Source: Eledone cirrhosa
Taxonomy: Eukaryota
Assembly: GCA_964016885.1 (NCBI GenBank)
Contig: OZ024741.1
Coordinates: 8,928,001-8,992,000 of the forward strand
Direction of reading: 5' to 3'
Length of the DNA stretch: 64,000 bases
The position numbers and the translations under genes are program-made. The notes under the pieces were generated by a model. The model was given only the letters and a program-made list of their open reading frames with translations, ran no database searches and had not been told where the DNA came from. Shown one piece after another: positions 51,545 through 64,000 of the stretch; within the stretch, counting starts at the first letter, position 1; the number at the start of each line of letters is the position of its first letter.

Positions 51545-54500
51545 GGCTATAGGAAACGGATGCATAACATCTGGAACGAGATCGGTCTATTTAAATTAGA
51601 TGAACAAAAATTGGCCGGGCAGGCTCGGGTAATAAGAACTAATGGGTGGATAAGCGAGCTGGAACTGGAGGAACTGAGCAGAGAGATTAGCTTGGAGATG
51701 GAGAGTGGAGTATGACAGGCAAACGAGCCAGTGGGAAATGAAGGTGAAGAGGTCGAGAGAACGGAGGAACCACCCGAAGCAGACAATGATCTGAATGCTG
51801 AGATAAATAATACCTGGAACAGAGATACGGCCACTGAGGAGATGAATGCTGACGGGCTAGGACAAGATTTGGTTGATATCCTAAACTTAGTGGTAGATGA
51901 ATTGAACAATGATAGTGGGAAACCTATGAACCTAAGATTTGTAGACAGGAAAAAGTTAAAAGAAACAACAGCTAAGGTAAACAAAATCATCCCATACCTT
52001 GAGGCGAGGAGCCTTCACGAGTGCAACAATATCCTCAAAGCAACAGCAAATACGGTGAGGAAACTACTTGGTATAAAAGCGAGACGAAACAACAGACAAG
52101 AAAGATCAGAACCTTGGTGGAAGAAACGACTGAGTGGTCAAATCAGGGAAATGAGAAATGACATTGGAAAGCTTGAGTGCCTACTGAATAGGACACTAAA
52201 AAACATAGAGACTAAAAATAGACTGGAAATAAAGTACAAAACTAGGAGGAAAAAGCTAAATATTATCATAGAGGTACTGAAGCAACGCATTGTAGCAAAG
52301 AGTGCAAAAATCAGGCGATACGAGAACAGAGTCAGTCAGTATAGACAGAACCGCATGTTCGACAACAACCAGAAGATACTGTTTGGACAGCTTGATGGGA
52401 AAGAAAGAGGCAACGACTTGATCCCTGAGGCGGAACAAACTAAAACATTCTGGAGGGGAATATGGGAGCAGGATGTTAAACATAATGACCAGGCAGTGTG
52501 GATTGAGACAGTACTGAAGGAGATAGTGAACAGGCACACCAACAAACTGATTTGAGTATCACAGTTGAAACTCTTAAGGGGTAGGCCAAAAAACTAACCA
52601 ACTGGAAATCACCAGGCCCAGATGGTGTGCAGGGGTATTGGATTAAAAATATAACATCCCTCCACCCGAAACTGACAACCTTGTTTAATGACTGCTTGAT
52701 GTCAGGTGAGGTACCAGAGTGGTTGACAAACGGTACCACAGTTCTGATAATGAAAGACCGAAGCAAGGGTAATGATGTTACCAACTATAGACCTATCACA
52801 TGTCTGTCTGTAATGTGGAAACTGTTGACAAGCATTATGTCTGAGGAAATCTACCATCACCTCCACACAAACAACTTGTTACCGGACGAACAGAAAGGAT
52901 GCCGAAAGAAGTCACGTGGTACAAAGGACCAGTTACTTATTGATAAGATGGTAATGAGGAATTGCAAGAGGAGACACACTGGTCTTGCCATGGGATGGAT
53001 AGACTACAAAAAGGAATTTGACATGGTGCCTCATTCTTGGATCACCAAAAGCCTGGAGATCTTCAAGGTGGCAGATAACATCAGACAGTTGCTGGACAGG
53101 AGTATGAGGTCCTGGGAAACAGTTGACATCAACTGGAGAATCATTGGGAAGCGTGAAGATCAAGAGAGGTATCTTCCAGGGAGATAGCCTGTCCCCTCTG
53201 TTGTTTGTCCTTGCCCTGATACCCCTGACCATTATGCTGCGGAAAGTGAGAGAAGGATACAAGTTGGGAAAGGGAGAGATTACCATGAATCACCTCCTCT
53301 TCATGGACGATCTTAAGCTCTTCGGGAAGAGTGAGAAGGAGTTGGATGTGCTTGTTGACACTGTCCGTATTTTCAGCAGTGATATATGTATGCAGTTTGG
53401 TATTAGTAAGTGTGGTGTCATTGTGATGAGGAGGGGTAGGTTGAGCAGAAGTAGCGGAATCCAGATACCAACAGGTGAGATGATAAAGGAAATTGACTCT
53501 GAGGAAGGATACAAGTATTTGGGCGTTCTGGAGGCTGATGGCATAAAGAACAAAAAAATGAAGGAATTGTTAAGAACTGAATACATTCGGAGAATAAGGA
53601 GCGTATTGAAGTCACATCTGACAGCAGAAATTCCATAAGCGCAGTAAATTCCCGAGCTGTGTCTATTATTAGGTACAGTGCGGGAATTCTGAGATGGAAT
53701 GTTGCTGAACAAAAAGAAATGGATAGGAAGACTAGGAAGCTATTGACTATCTACAACATGTTCCACAAGAGGAGTGATGTCGATAGACTCTACCTAAGGA
53801 GATCTGAGGGTGGAAGAGGTCTTATCAGCATAGTGGACTGTGTTCAGATGGAGAAAAACAACCTACACAAATACGTGACTGATAGTAAGGAGCCAATGCT
53901 CAGAACTGTACTGAAGGAGGGGACAATAGGCCAGGGGATGTCCAAGGAGGAAATAACATCAAGGAGAAAGAGCAGCCTTCAGGGAAAATCCCTTCATAGT
54001 ACCTTCTTTGAGAAAACTGAATTTAGAGATCCACAGACATGGAACTGGTTGAGAAGAGGAGACCTCAAAAAGGCTACAGAAGGAATATTAATGGCTGCGC
54101 AGGAGCAGGCCCTCAAAACGAAGTGGTTGAAACACCATATTTACAAGGAGGAGGCTAGCCCACTGTGCAGGATCTGTAGAGAGAGAGAGGAGACTGTGGC
54201 TCACATTGTATCCGAGTGTAAACACCTAGCCAAGACCCACTATAAGGGCTGGAGACATGATGTGATGGGCAGGGTGATCCACTGGCACCTGTGCAAAGTA
54301 AACAATTTACCACATTCTGAGAAATGGTATGAGCATAAGCCAGAGGCGGTGATGGAGAACGATCAGGTGAAGGTGCTGTGGGATTTTAGGATACAGACGG
54401 ACAAGAAACTGGAACACAATAGACCTGACCTGGTGGTTGTGGACAAAGAAAAAAGATCGTGTCTGATTGTGGATGTGGCCTACCCATTTGACACGAGAGT

Positions 54501-54811
54501 GCAAGAGAAGGAGAGGGAGAAAATTAACCGATACCAGGACTTAAAGTGGGAGGTAAAAAGGATTTGGAACAGCCATGAAGTCAAAGTGATCCCGATTGTC
54601 ATAGGCGCACTGGGGACTATCTCCAAAAGTTTCCAGGGATGGTTAAAGAAAATCGGCCCCTTCACGCTTTTTGGAACGCTTCAAAAGGCATGCTTGCTGG
54701 GAACAGCAAGAACCCTCCGATACGTCCTGAATATCTGAGGCTGCAGGTATTGGCTTGATATTCATTCCAACGGACTTTCCAGTTAACTAACATCAATGAC
54801 TGAGATTCAAG

Positions 54812-54812
<1 letters not shown>
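51545..54812 (+). mobile_element. Dong/R4-clade non-LTR retrotransposon (RT + CCHC + restriction-like endonuclease), 5'-truncated and disabled, in (TAA)n
   Basis: GYRKRM start; WKSPGPDG, YRPITCL, QGDSLSPLLF, HLLFMDDLKL; CRIC..ETVAHIVSEC, RHD, RPDL..D..EK (PD-D/ExK); several stops and frameshifts; (TAA)n at 51471-51544 and 54813-54886. Confidence 0.92.
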
Positions 54813-54886
<74 letters not shown>

Positions 54887-54887
<1 letters not shown>

Positions 54888-55378
54888 CTGGAGAAGTTAA
54901 TATTAATTGTGGAATTTTTCAGGGTGACTCTTTATCACCGCTTTTATTCTGCATCGCACTTATACCATTAAGTAAAATGCTCAATGAAACAAAACATGGA
55001 TATAAAGTCTGTGACAAAACCATTAATCACCTGTTCTACATGGATGACCTGAAACTATTTGCAAAAAATGATGAACAATTGCAAGGGCTATTATCCACTG
55101 TGAAGCAGTTCAGTGATGACATTAAAATGGAGTTTGGACTAGATAAATGCGCCAAAGCAACGTTCACCAGAGGAAAGCTGCTGAAGAGTTCAGACATTAA
55201 TCTTGATCGGGGGAACGTGATAAGAGAACTTGATCAAGAAAAAACTTACAAATATCTAGGTGTTTGTGAAGGAGACGGAATCAAGCACTCGACGATGAGG
55301 GAAAGGATAAGGAAGGAATGTTACCGCAGAGTAAGAGCAATCTTAAGAACGAAATTGAATGCAAGGAATAGGATCGAG
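54887..55378 (+). pseudogene. Second, distinct R4-clade RT fragment starting at the (TAA)n tract
   Basis: SGEVNINCGIFQGDSLSPLLFCIAL..NHLFYMDDLKLFAK..FGLDKCA..YKYLG. Confidence 0.88.
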
Positions 55379-55648
55379 AAATCTTTTCTCCGTTATAATC
55401 TTCCCCCATTACAATCTTTCATCTACTTTAATTTCAGGTTGTATCTAAATAAATCAAATTTAATATAAATTGATAAATTAGGCTATAATACATACATCGT
55501 TTCTTTCTAAATAGTTACACAAAGTATGTACAGTCTCTCCTATATTAACTACTTAAATAAGATTGTTGAATTGATAAATTTGACATAGATAATTATTTCC
55601 CATCTTTTGAAATAAATAGTTTACCTCATAACATTATAAACTACTCAG

Positions 55649-55698
<50 letters not shown>

Positions 55699-55991
55699 CA
55701 CAATTAGAAATAGAAGCCAGGACAATCCATCATCAGTGGTCTACTAGCCATCATAGGTATTTCTTCGCATTACAGACCATATATCTCCGGCTAGGGCAAT
55801 ACAATATATATATTTAGATATATATATATATATATACATAAAAGAAATAGGATTTCGCTTCAAGCATAGCTTTATATAATATGTATAAATATTTCGTATC
55901 TACAAAGAAATACGGTTTTAGGAAGCCGTAGCTATGCAAACACCGGGGGGCTAACGCCCTCTGGTGATGTCCAGCAGAAGCAAGGGGGACA

Positions 55992-56035
55992 ACCGTCTAT
56001 GCATTTCAGGCTTAACTGGCCATCGTCAGGACGGT
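55992..56035 (-). ncRNA. Type I minimal hammerhead ribozyme
   Basis: accgtc|ctgacga|tggc-cagttaa-gcct|gaaa-tgca-ta|gacggt; 6-bp stem I; palindromic stem III. Confidence 0.75.
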
Positions 56036-56166
56036 CCCTCCCACCGCTTGCGACTGCTGGACTACAAGACAGGGGAGAATATATAGTTTTCTGGTCTGTG
56101 TAAATGAGGTGATTAATCTCATTTGCATATGAAGCTGCATAAGTTGGCTCAAGTTATAATAAAAAA

Positions 56167-56358
56167 GAGGCGGTGAATTGGCAGTATCGGTAGAGATTCG
56201 GACGCCATGCTTTGCAGCATAGTTAGGTCCCATAACGGTCTGAGTTCAAATCCCGCTGAGGTTAACTTTGCCTTTCATCCTTACGGAGTCGATAAAATAA
56301 AGTACCAGTAATGCACTGGGATAATTGCTGGCCTCGTGCTAAAAGTAGAAACAGTTAT
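56167..56358 (+). mobile_element. Full-length tRNA-derived SINE
   Basis: A box TGGCAGTATCGG, B box GAGTTCAAATCC and the conserved body seen in at least 10 copies in the window. Confidence 0.88.
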
Positions 56359-56556
56359 AATAAAAAAGAAATAGGATTTCGCTTCAAGCTTAGCTTTATA
56401 CAATATGTATAAATATTTCGTATCTCCAGTTAAGACTGAAATGCATAGACGGTTGCCCCCCTTGCTTCTGTTGGACATCACCAGAGGGAGTTAGCCCCCC
56501 TCCCCCGGTGTTTGCATAGCTACGGCTTCCTAAAACCGTATTCCTTTGAAGGTACG

Positions 56557-56655
<99 letters not shown>

Positions 56656-56657
56656 TA

Positions 56658-56698
<41 letters not shown>

Positions 56699-56700
<2 letters not shown>

Positions 56701-57232
56701 GAAGGAAATGTGGTAAGGAACCAGATGGACCATAACGCACCAGAGTATTCAATATTTAGGGTAGTAGAGTGGGTAATAGGAAAAAGTATGACCCGACGGC
56801 AGAGCTCAAGCCGTTTCGACGGCTATTTCTGGACTAAATTAGAATTTTTAGCCTGGTGAATAAATAGCCGAACTTGTCAAGGGGTACTTCCTTATATGGG
56901 AAGAATGTAGTTGTCAAGCGGATTGGTCAAAATTTGTTGTAAACACAAATAAGTCTATCATGGCATTTGGTGGGAGGTAGGGGCGGCTGAACTTGTCTGT
57001 AGAACAATGAGGGAGTGAGTGGAGCGGGTCAAGCGTTGAGAGTGATACGTATACAGCAGATTCTAAGGATAGTGTATGAAAAGTCGAAACATTGTTCTGG
57101 AGTAAATGGAGGAGGGAAGTTACAGAATAGTTAAATCGAATGAGAGTAGGAGACAATAAAAAATAATAGAAAGAAATATAAAAAAAATATAACGGCTTGA
57201 GCTCTGCCGTCGGGGTCATACTTTTTCCTATA
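56699..57232 (-). mobile_element. Family A PLE 3' remnant with short inverted pLTR piece
   Basis: Terminal tail and hammerhead region; inverted piece at 57191-57232. Confidence 0.75.
56791..56885 (-). ncRNA. Hammerhead ribozyme variant with U3-A8 core and extended stem II
   Basis: acccc|ttgacaa|gtt-cggctattt..aaatagccg-tc|gaaac-ggc-ttgagctct-gcc-gtc|gggt. Confidence 0.65.
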
Positions 57233-57727
57233 TACATTCCCGTTTGACCTGTGCGTAATTCTTTTCTTTCGCACGCTTGGTCAGGCTGGTTCGCCTTTTT
57301 TCTCTCTCTCGTCTACGATTTCACAGAACTTATGTTCACCGAATTCACAGACTAGATTCCTTTTTCCTCCCGTTAGACCTGTACAGAATTCCTTCCTTGC
57401 TCACATTTCAACCAGGTTTGATGGTTTTTATTCTCTCTCATTCACGATTTCACCGAACTTATATTCATGGAAATTTGGGACTTGACTCGTTGTTCCTCAC
57501 TTTTCGTTGCTTCACCATCTTTGTATGTTTACACTCTCGCTGTCCCCTTTATTTACGTGTCCCAACGACTTTTTTTAGCCGTTGCTCGCACCAACCGGAG
57601 GTATATAGTCTTTAAAGCGAAGAAATACCTGTGATGGTTGGAAGATCACTGATGAGGACCACTGTATTAATATGTAACCCATTTGCAACCACGCAGCACG
57701 TTTATTCTTATATATATATATATATAT

Positions 57728-57796
<69 letters not shown>

Positions 57797-57988
57797 AAAG
57801 AATAGAGGTGTAACACACAAGTTATTATATATTGGTAAACGGAATAGAAAATGCTGACAAATTGTTCACAGTTGAAAAATGGTTTAATTAGGAATAAAAG
57901 AGTATTAGTGATTGTATGGGTTAGTATTCAGTTGTGGTTTTAAGTTTTTAAGTTTTTACGGTTGCGCATTTCTAAATGCTTTTCAAAA

Positions 57989-58050
57989 ATAATTTTGAGA
58001 TAGAGTGTCCGTGCTGTTTAAACAGCACGGACACTCTATCTCAAAATTAT
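57989..58050. repeat. Perfect 62-bp palindrome without spacer
   Basis: ataattttgagatagagtgtccgtgctgttt|aaacagcacggacactctatctcaaaattat. Confidence 0.95.
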
Positions 58051-58260
58051 CGATTTCCACGTGGTGTTGAAATGCTGGGTAAATATTCTATAGCGGTTGA
58101 TCGCGAATAGATGGCTGTCGTTTATTTATCTATTATTTCTTCATAGGAGCCTTTTAATCTTATAGCCTTGGTTAATTGGTTTTTGTGTGGTTGATTATGC
58201 TGATTGGGAGAGGAGATGGTGTATATATCTTATCAAATGATTCTATGAACATAATTTATA

Positions 58261-58298
<38 letters not shown>

Positions 58299-60244
58299 GT
58301 TAAAATACTGGAGTGTGTTGGAGTTAAACACCCTCTTCGTATTATAGAAATGACAGTAAAAGGTATAGCTCAATGTAGTTAAACAGAGCCGAAAAATTAA
58401 GAGAGTAAAACAAAGAAGCCTTCAATACATCAAAAGTCTTTATTAGACGACAATGTTTCGTCCTATTAAGGACTCATCAGGGAAATTAAAACAACAAGAA
58501 GTAATATCGGCAGATACAAGCCAGAAGCTCCGAAGAATATGGAGTGTACATACACTGAAGTATTACAAAAATATATAATAAAAATATATGATAAAAATTA
58601 CTAAGGATGTATATAACATTAAGAACCATATTACAAATATAGTCCAAAGCAAAAAAACTAGAGCTAAACAAAGGTGGTTATATAGAGCAGGAATTATATA
58701 TAATACAATATAATATACTATAATATACCTTTACCAACATTAAAATTACAATAAAAATCAAAAGATACAATATGCATATGTATATATGTGCGCACACGTA
58801 CACACACATACACATACAACAATACACACATCCATCTTCAACTGCACAAATTAAACCTTATTAAGAATTTGAATATAAAAATAAAAATAAGCATGATAGG
58901 AATGAAAATAATAATAATAATAATACTAATACATCTACCCAATATACATGAGGTAATAATATGATATAATTATAAGTAGCACATATAATAAATAATAAAT
59001 AATACAATTATATACTATATAATACAATATAATAGAATAGATAATCTCCGGTTAATTTACACAAACAATATAGATGTCACAATAATAATATAATAATAAT
59101 ATATTAACATTTACAATATACAATATACTAACATTTATCATAAACAATATAAATGTACTCAAGTTAACAAATCAATTCATACTGGGTTACAGAGTAGGTG
59201 AGGAAAAATAAATTGTACAATACCTCAAAAAAAATGTTGATGGTACAGAAGTACAAACATCTTACATGATATATAAAGTTTAACATATCATAATGTTACA
59301 TATAATTAACGGTAAGTAATAAGGATCGATATTACAATAAAAAATACAATATAATATAATATATTATATAAAATAAATTAATACAATATAATATATAATT
59401 ACTTATAATTACAAGGTTGGTAGACAGACATGTATATGGATGAGTGAGTAAGTGCCAGACAGTAAATATAATGCACAGTAGTATTACAAATAAAATATAA
59501 AATATAAAATATAGATTAAAATAAATAAATAGAATCAACCGGAAATTAAAAAAACAAAAACAAACGTATACATTTAGGTCTCACATGCAGTTAAGTAGTT
59601 AAGTAAAAGCTAAGGAAACAACCCCTGTAAATGACTCGAAAACCCTATTTGATAAATTAATATTAAAAATATTTAAACTATCCAATAAGGCAGTATAATA
59701 TAAGCTATAGTTTAAGTCATTAAAGTTTATAAACGTTAATATTTCGTTCCAAATGTTTACAAAAAGGAATGAAAATTTTATGTTATCATATACATAACGA
59801 TATCCAAAGAACTGACTTAAGCAGTATTAAGGTAGGCTAATAGGGACAGAAATGAAGAAATGTATGGAGGATGCAAAGGGGCATAAAATATAGTCGATAT
59901 ACTATATTACATAATAGAAAGGAGCGTAAAAAGGGGGGGGGGGTTACATATAATAATATAATATAATCATAGTCAATTTGGAGGGGTTGACAATAAATTT
60001 ATGTGCGCATGGGGGGGGGGGTCCAAATAAAAATGAAAATAACGTAAAATATATAATCTTATATACATTCATAAGGTGTAACAGTGAAAATTTAATGCGT
60101 AAGAAGATAGATATGGTACAGTAGCCAAAAGATTATGAGAGCTAGAATGAAGAGTCATCAAAAACCAATGATAATAATGATGATAATAATAATGTTGGCA
60201 AACAAAAGGACCTAAACTAAAAAATAAATAATGGAATATATCAG

Positions 60245-62924
60245 CTAATGGGTACAATTTGTACTACTAGAACGTTTAGGTTTATAATAAAAGTATGAAT
60301 TAGAAATAGCGTGGGGGCAAGAAGAGAATATCTCAGACTTTCTATTAAGTAAAGATGCGCTAGAGAAGATTATAGAGTGTGTCTCGAGGATACAGAGATT
60401 ACAAAACTTAGTATGTGTAGAAAGGTGGTTAGAGCGTGCTACTAAACGCCAGTTAAGGCTATATGGTATATTAGCTATCTTAAGATCCCAGACATAATGT
60501 GCTAAAGAAGTAGAGAATTCTTAAACTTAACATGCTTGAAATTAGAGATATGAGAGTTAAACCTAGTCTTAAAAGTGTTAGATGTAGAGCCTATATAAGT
60601 TCTATTAGAGGAATTAGTTATAACTTCGCAAGCATAGACAATGTTCTTAGAAAGGCAGTTACCATTTAAAGAGCAGTTAGCACTCACTCTACAATTGCAC
60701 ATCCGGGTGTTATTGGTTGACTCAAGTGGTGATGCATTACACGTAGGATTGCTATTAGATAAGGACTGTTCTGGTGGTAATGCATTGCCAGATCTGTTCG
60801 GACTAGTAGTATGTAGAGAGGAGAATCCATCCCTAATTTTCCTGTTGTTAGTGCTAGCCAAATGAGAACTAATATTAGGGGTGGTAGAGAATGAAAGTTT
60901 AATAACATTTTAATTAAAAATACTATGGTGCTTATGAGAAGGGGGGAAATTTTTCTCTAAGATAGAGAAGAAAGACCTAGGGATATTAGTTGATACTTCC
61001 TGATTATATGGCGGGTTGAAATAAGTATTTAATCGACTTCTATTTTTATTCTTACCGACTCTACCATTATCAAATATCCCACCATCGAGACTAGGGTTAC
61101 TACAAGGATTAGTTAAAGCCACATTCATAGAATCAGCCAAAATTTCATTAAGTCTATTACCTCCAGTAGATCTGCTGCTGTCCGGAATCCCATCATAAGG
61201 ATCAGGGCCAATGATAGGATCAGTAGGAGCAACATTATCAGAATAAGATCCAGCTAAATTATCACCAATGTGTGAGCGCTCAGGGGGTTCAACTTGTTTC
61301 CTAGAGGTATTATATTCACTATTGCGGGTTCGGTGGGTTAACTTATGGGTGGGTTCAGATACACCTATATCATTTTTACGGTTACTATGTTTGCTACTCA
61401 CATTCATGGCCATGTTATGTGATATTATGTTATTATTACTAAAAGTAGACGGAGACTTTCTAAGGTTACTATTATTATAGTGTATTTTACTAGAGTAACC
61501 TAAATTTGCTAGGGCATTATTATAGTACTCCGCATGTTCATTAAATGTTCCTACGTCCTTAGAGAGTGTGGAAATCCTATTAGATACACCCTTAATTATA
61601 GAGCTTATCATAGACTTGGGGTGGTTAGAATTGGGACTAACATAAGAAAGTATTTCATTAGGCTTATGGAAGGGTTTAAAACTATTAGTGACCAAGTCCA
61701 AAGTCACATCTAAAAAGTTAACCGCTCTATCATATCTATCTATCGTGATCGAAAGGTTATAGCTTTTAAAAAACTTATAAAGCTTCTTCTTATTATGTTC
61801 CACATTGTTGGTGCTAGAGTTAATTACAAACAATGCATCATCACGATATAGTCCGCCTATAAGGTGCGGGAAGGTAGCATATAGTTCATTAAGGAGGAAC
61901 AACCCAACAAGATCAGTAACCTGGGCCGAATCACTCGAACCCATTGTAACGTCGAAATTGTTGGGCGTGTTTTTACGGGTCCAAAATGTGTCCTCAAATT
62001 TAATAATAGTTTTACGGGCTGCTAGTATAATATCTACCTGTGATCGTGTAAGGCTGGACACTCTCATGGCCAACATTAAAGCTTTATTGGGGAGGATGGG
62101 TGAAATTGATGTGTAGTAGGCATCAATATCGAATTGGATAAACTTATTAGATTCAAGTCTATTAATCCCGGAGAACCAATCTATAACTTCCTTAGTGTTC
62201 CCCCATAGGTTAAAATCAACCTTATCCCTAACATCTGGTATAATAAGGTCAAGGAGTTTTTTACTGATAATGGCTATATCAGACTTAGAAGGACAGATGA
62301 GTCTAACAGAGGGGTTACTAATAAAATTAACCTTATGATCCTTAAGAGTGAATCTCGGTTCTCGAGGGTAATATGGCTGGGTATACTTATCGAGGCCGAG
62401 GTCAGAGACAATTCTAAGGCCATCACTATTGATGTGGTTCAAATTCTCAAGTGTAGTTTTTTTATAGTTTCTATGCAGCTCCTTATAAATAAAGTCGCGG
62501 TAAGCACTATAATCCATGGAGTATAGATTTTTAGTCTTATCCGCCGGGACAAGAATGGACTTATTCTCACCGAAACCCTTAACAATATTTTTAAGTCTAG
62601 ACTGGAACTTATCAAAATTATTATAATTTCTATGTCTATTATTTGGCCTATACCTAATATTTTTGACAAGAGAGAGTAAGTCACTTTCAAAACTATCTAA
62701 CAGAATATTGTGTGGTGGGCTCTTATACGTTTTGATGCCATAGTTATTAAAAATAGTTCTATTCCTGGGGTCCTTCCTATTCTTATTATTATCATAGTGG
62801 AAAGCACGCCATCTAATCCTTTTACAAAGGAGTTAACACTAGCTATCAATAGTTTTTCGTAAGTATTCTTAGAGGGGGTGGGAATATTCTTCAGAGATAA
62901 AGGCAGGTAACTCTTTGTTAGCAT
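60245..62924 (-). pseudogene. PLE ORF: reverse transcriptase + C-terminal GIY-YIG endonuclease, three lesions
   Basis: SLKNIP, RIRWRA, ADKT, FDIDAYY, TMGS, LYRDD, FLDVTL, FNPPY, CNC..C..GNC..IVY..YIG, CNLC..LLNRKSE..CPH. Frameshift near 62820, in-frame TAA at 60910-60912, frameshift near 60513. Confidence 0.9.
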
Positions 62925-63465
62925 ACTGTCAGATGTATATATATAAAGGCCAAAATACCAGTATATATGAGGAAGCTCAACCGATCGGGAGCAGTGACAA
63001 GGGTTAAAATACTGGAGTGTGTTGGAGTTAAACACCCTCTTCGTATTATAGAAATGACAGTAAAAGGTATAGCTCAATGTAGTTAAACAGAGCCGAAAAA
63101 TTAAGAGAGTAAAACAAAGAAGCCTTCAATACATCAAAAGTCTTTATTAGCCGACAATGTTTTGTCCTATTAAGGACTCATCAGGGCAATTAAAACAACA
63201 AGGAGTAATATCGGCAGATACAAGCCAGAAGCTCCGAAGAATATGGAGTGTACATACACTGAAGTATTACAAAAATATATAATAAAAATATATGATAAAA
63301 ATGCTTTGGACTATATTTGTAATATGGTTCTTAATGTTATATACATCCTTAGTAATTTTTATCATATATTTTTATTATATATTTTTGTAATACTTCAGTG
63401 TATGTACACTCCATATTCTTCGGAGCTTCTGGCTTGTATCTGCCGATATTACTTCTTGTTGTTTT

Positions 63466-63511
63466 AATTGCCCTGATGAGTCCTTAATAGGACGAAACAT
63501 TGTCGGCTAAT
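63466..63511 (+). ncRNA. Type I minimal hammerhead ribozyme in the inverted pLTR
   Basis: attgcc|ctgatga|gtcc-ttaata-ggac|gaaac-att-gtc|ggctaat. Confidence 0.8.
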
Positions 63512-63552
63512 AAAGACTTTTGATGTATTGAAGGCTTCTTTGTTTTACTCTC

Positions 63553-63607
<55 letters not shown>

Positions 63608-63793
63608 CAACACACACACACCCTCATATATATATACATATATATACACACATGCATATAGGTTTAAGTCTATTCTAAAAGGTTACAATAAATGTAGGTG
63701 TGACATAAACACCAAACAATGGCTACGGTGGAGCTCGATAAAAACATCGCTTTCATTCACTTTACATTCTATTTATTATACATACTCGTGTAA

Positions 63794-63847
<54 letters not shown>

Positions 63848-63913
63848 GTACATATATATATATATGTGTATATATACATATGTACATATATATATATGTA
63901 TATATACATATGT

Positions 63914-64000
<87 letters not shown>

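Larger units (their letters stand above)
55841..56560. mobile_element. PLE pLTR-like remnant with direct and inverted duplications, interrupted by a SINE
   Basis: 55841-55902 is repeated at 56366-56427; 55908-56019 is inverted at 56426-56542. Confidence 0.65.
58297..63557 (-). mobile_element. Near-complete Penelope-like element (family B; Naiad-like by recalled motifs): pLTR-ORF-long 3'UTR-pLTR plus inverted pLTR
   Basis: Direct repeats at about 58297-58597 and 63001-63301; 63302-63557 is the reverse complement of 58396-58651; hammerheads in all three; (TA)n on both flanks. Confidence 0.9.

Noticed and set aside
60245-62924. Selenocysteine recoding in the PLE ORF
   Set aside because: The in-frame stop is TAA, not TGA, and the other breaks are frameshifts.
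58297-63301. LTR retrotransposon (terminal direct repeats)
   Set aside because: No gag, protease or integrase and no TG..CA ends; GIY-YIG, hammerheads and an inverted copy identify pLTRs of a PLE.

Overview
A repeat-saturated, AT-rich eukaryotic (metazoan) window. The SINE types and repeat make-up suggest an octopod cephalopod, which is an inference from recalled sequence. No host gene could be identified with confidence; only weak minus-strand micro-exon candidates were seen. Most long ORFs in the track are artefacts of micro- or minisatellites. Real content: (1) a head-to-tail array of three Tx1/L1-clade non-LTR retrotransposon copies embedded in a (GATA)n microsatellite, with one full-length copy carrying intact ORF1 and ORF2 and two flanking copies 5'-truncated at essentially the same nucleotide; (2) a Dong/R4-clade RLE element and a second R4 fragment inside a (TAA)n tract; (3) a near-complete but disabled Penelope-like element (RT + GIY-YIG) with direct and inverted pLTRs, plus many PLE remnants, most abutting (TA)n and carrying about 15 hammerhead ribozyme motifs, including non-canonical A8 cores; (4) a textbook non-autonomous Helitron inserted into a 61-bp satellite; (5) a hAT-like MITE family with an internal fold-back of two convergent tRNA-like modules; (6) many tRNA-derived SINEs, one with its head amplified into a 2.5-kb 45-bp minisatellite enclosed by ~400-bp inverted repeats; (7) RTE and mariner fragments, several minisatellites and small perfect palindromes.
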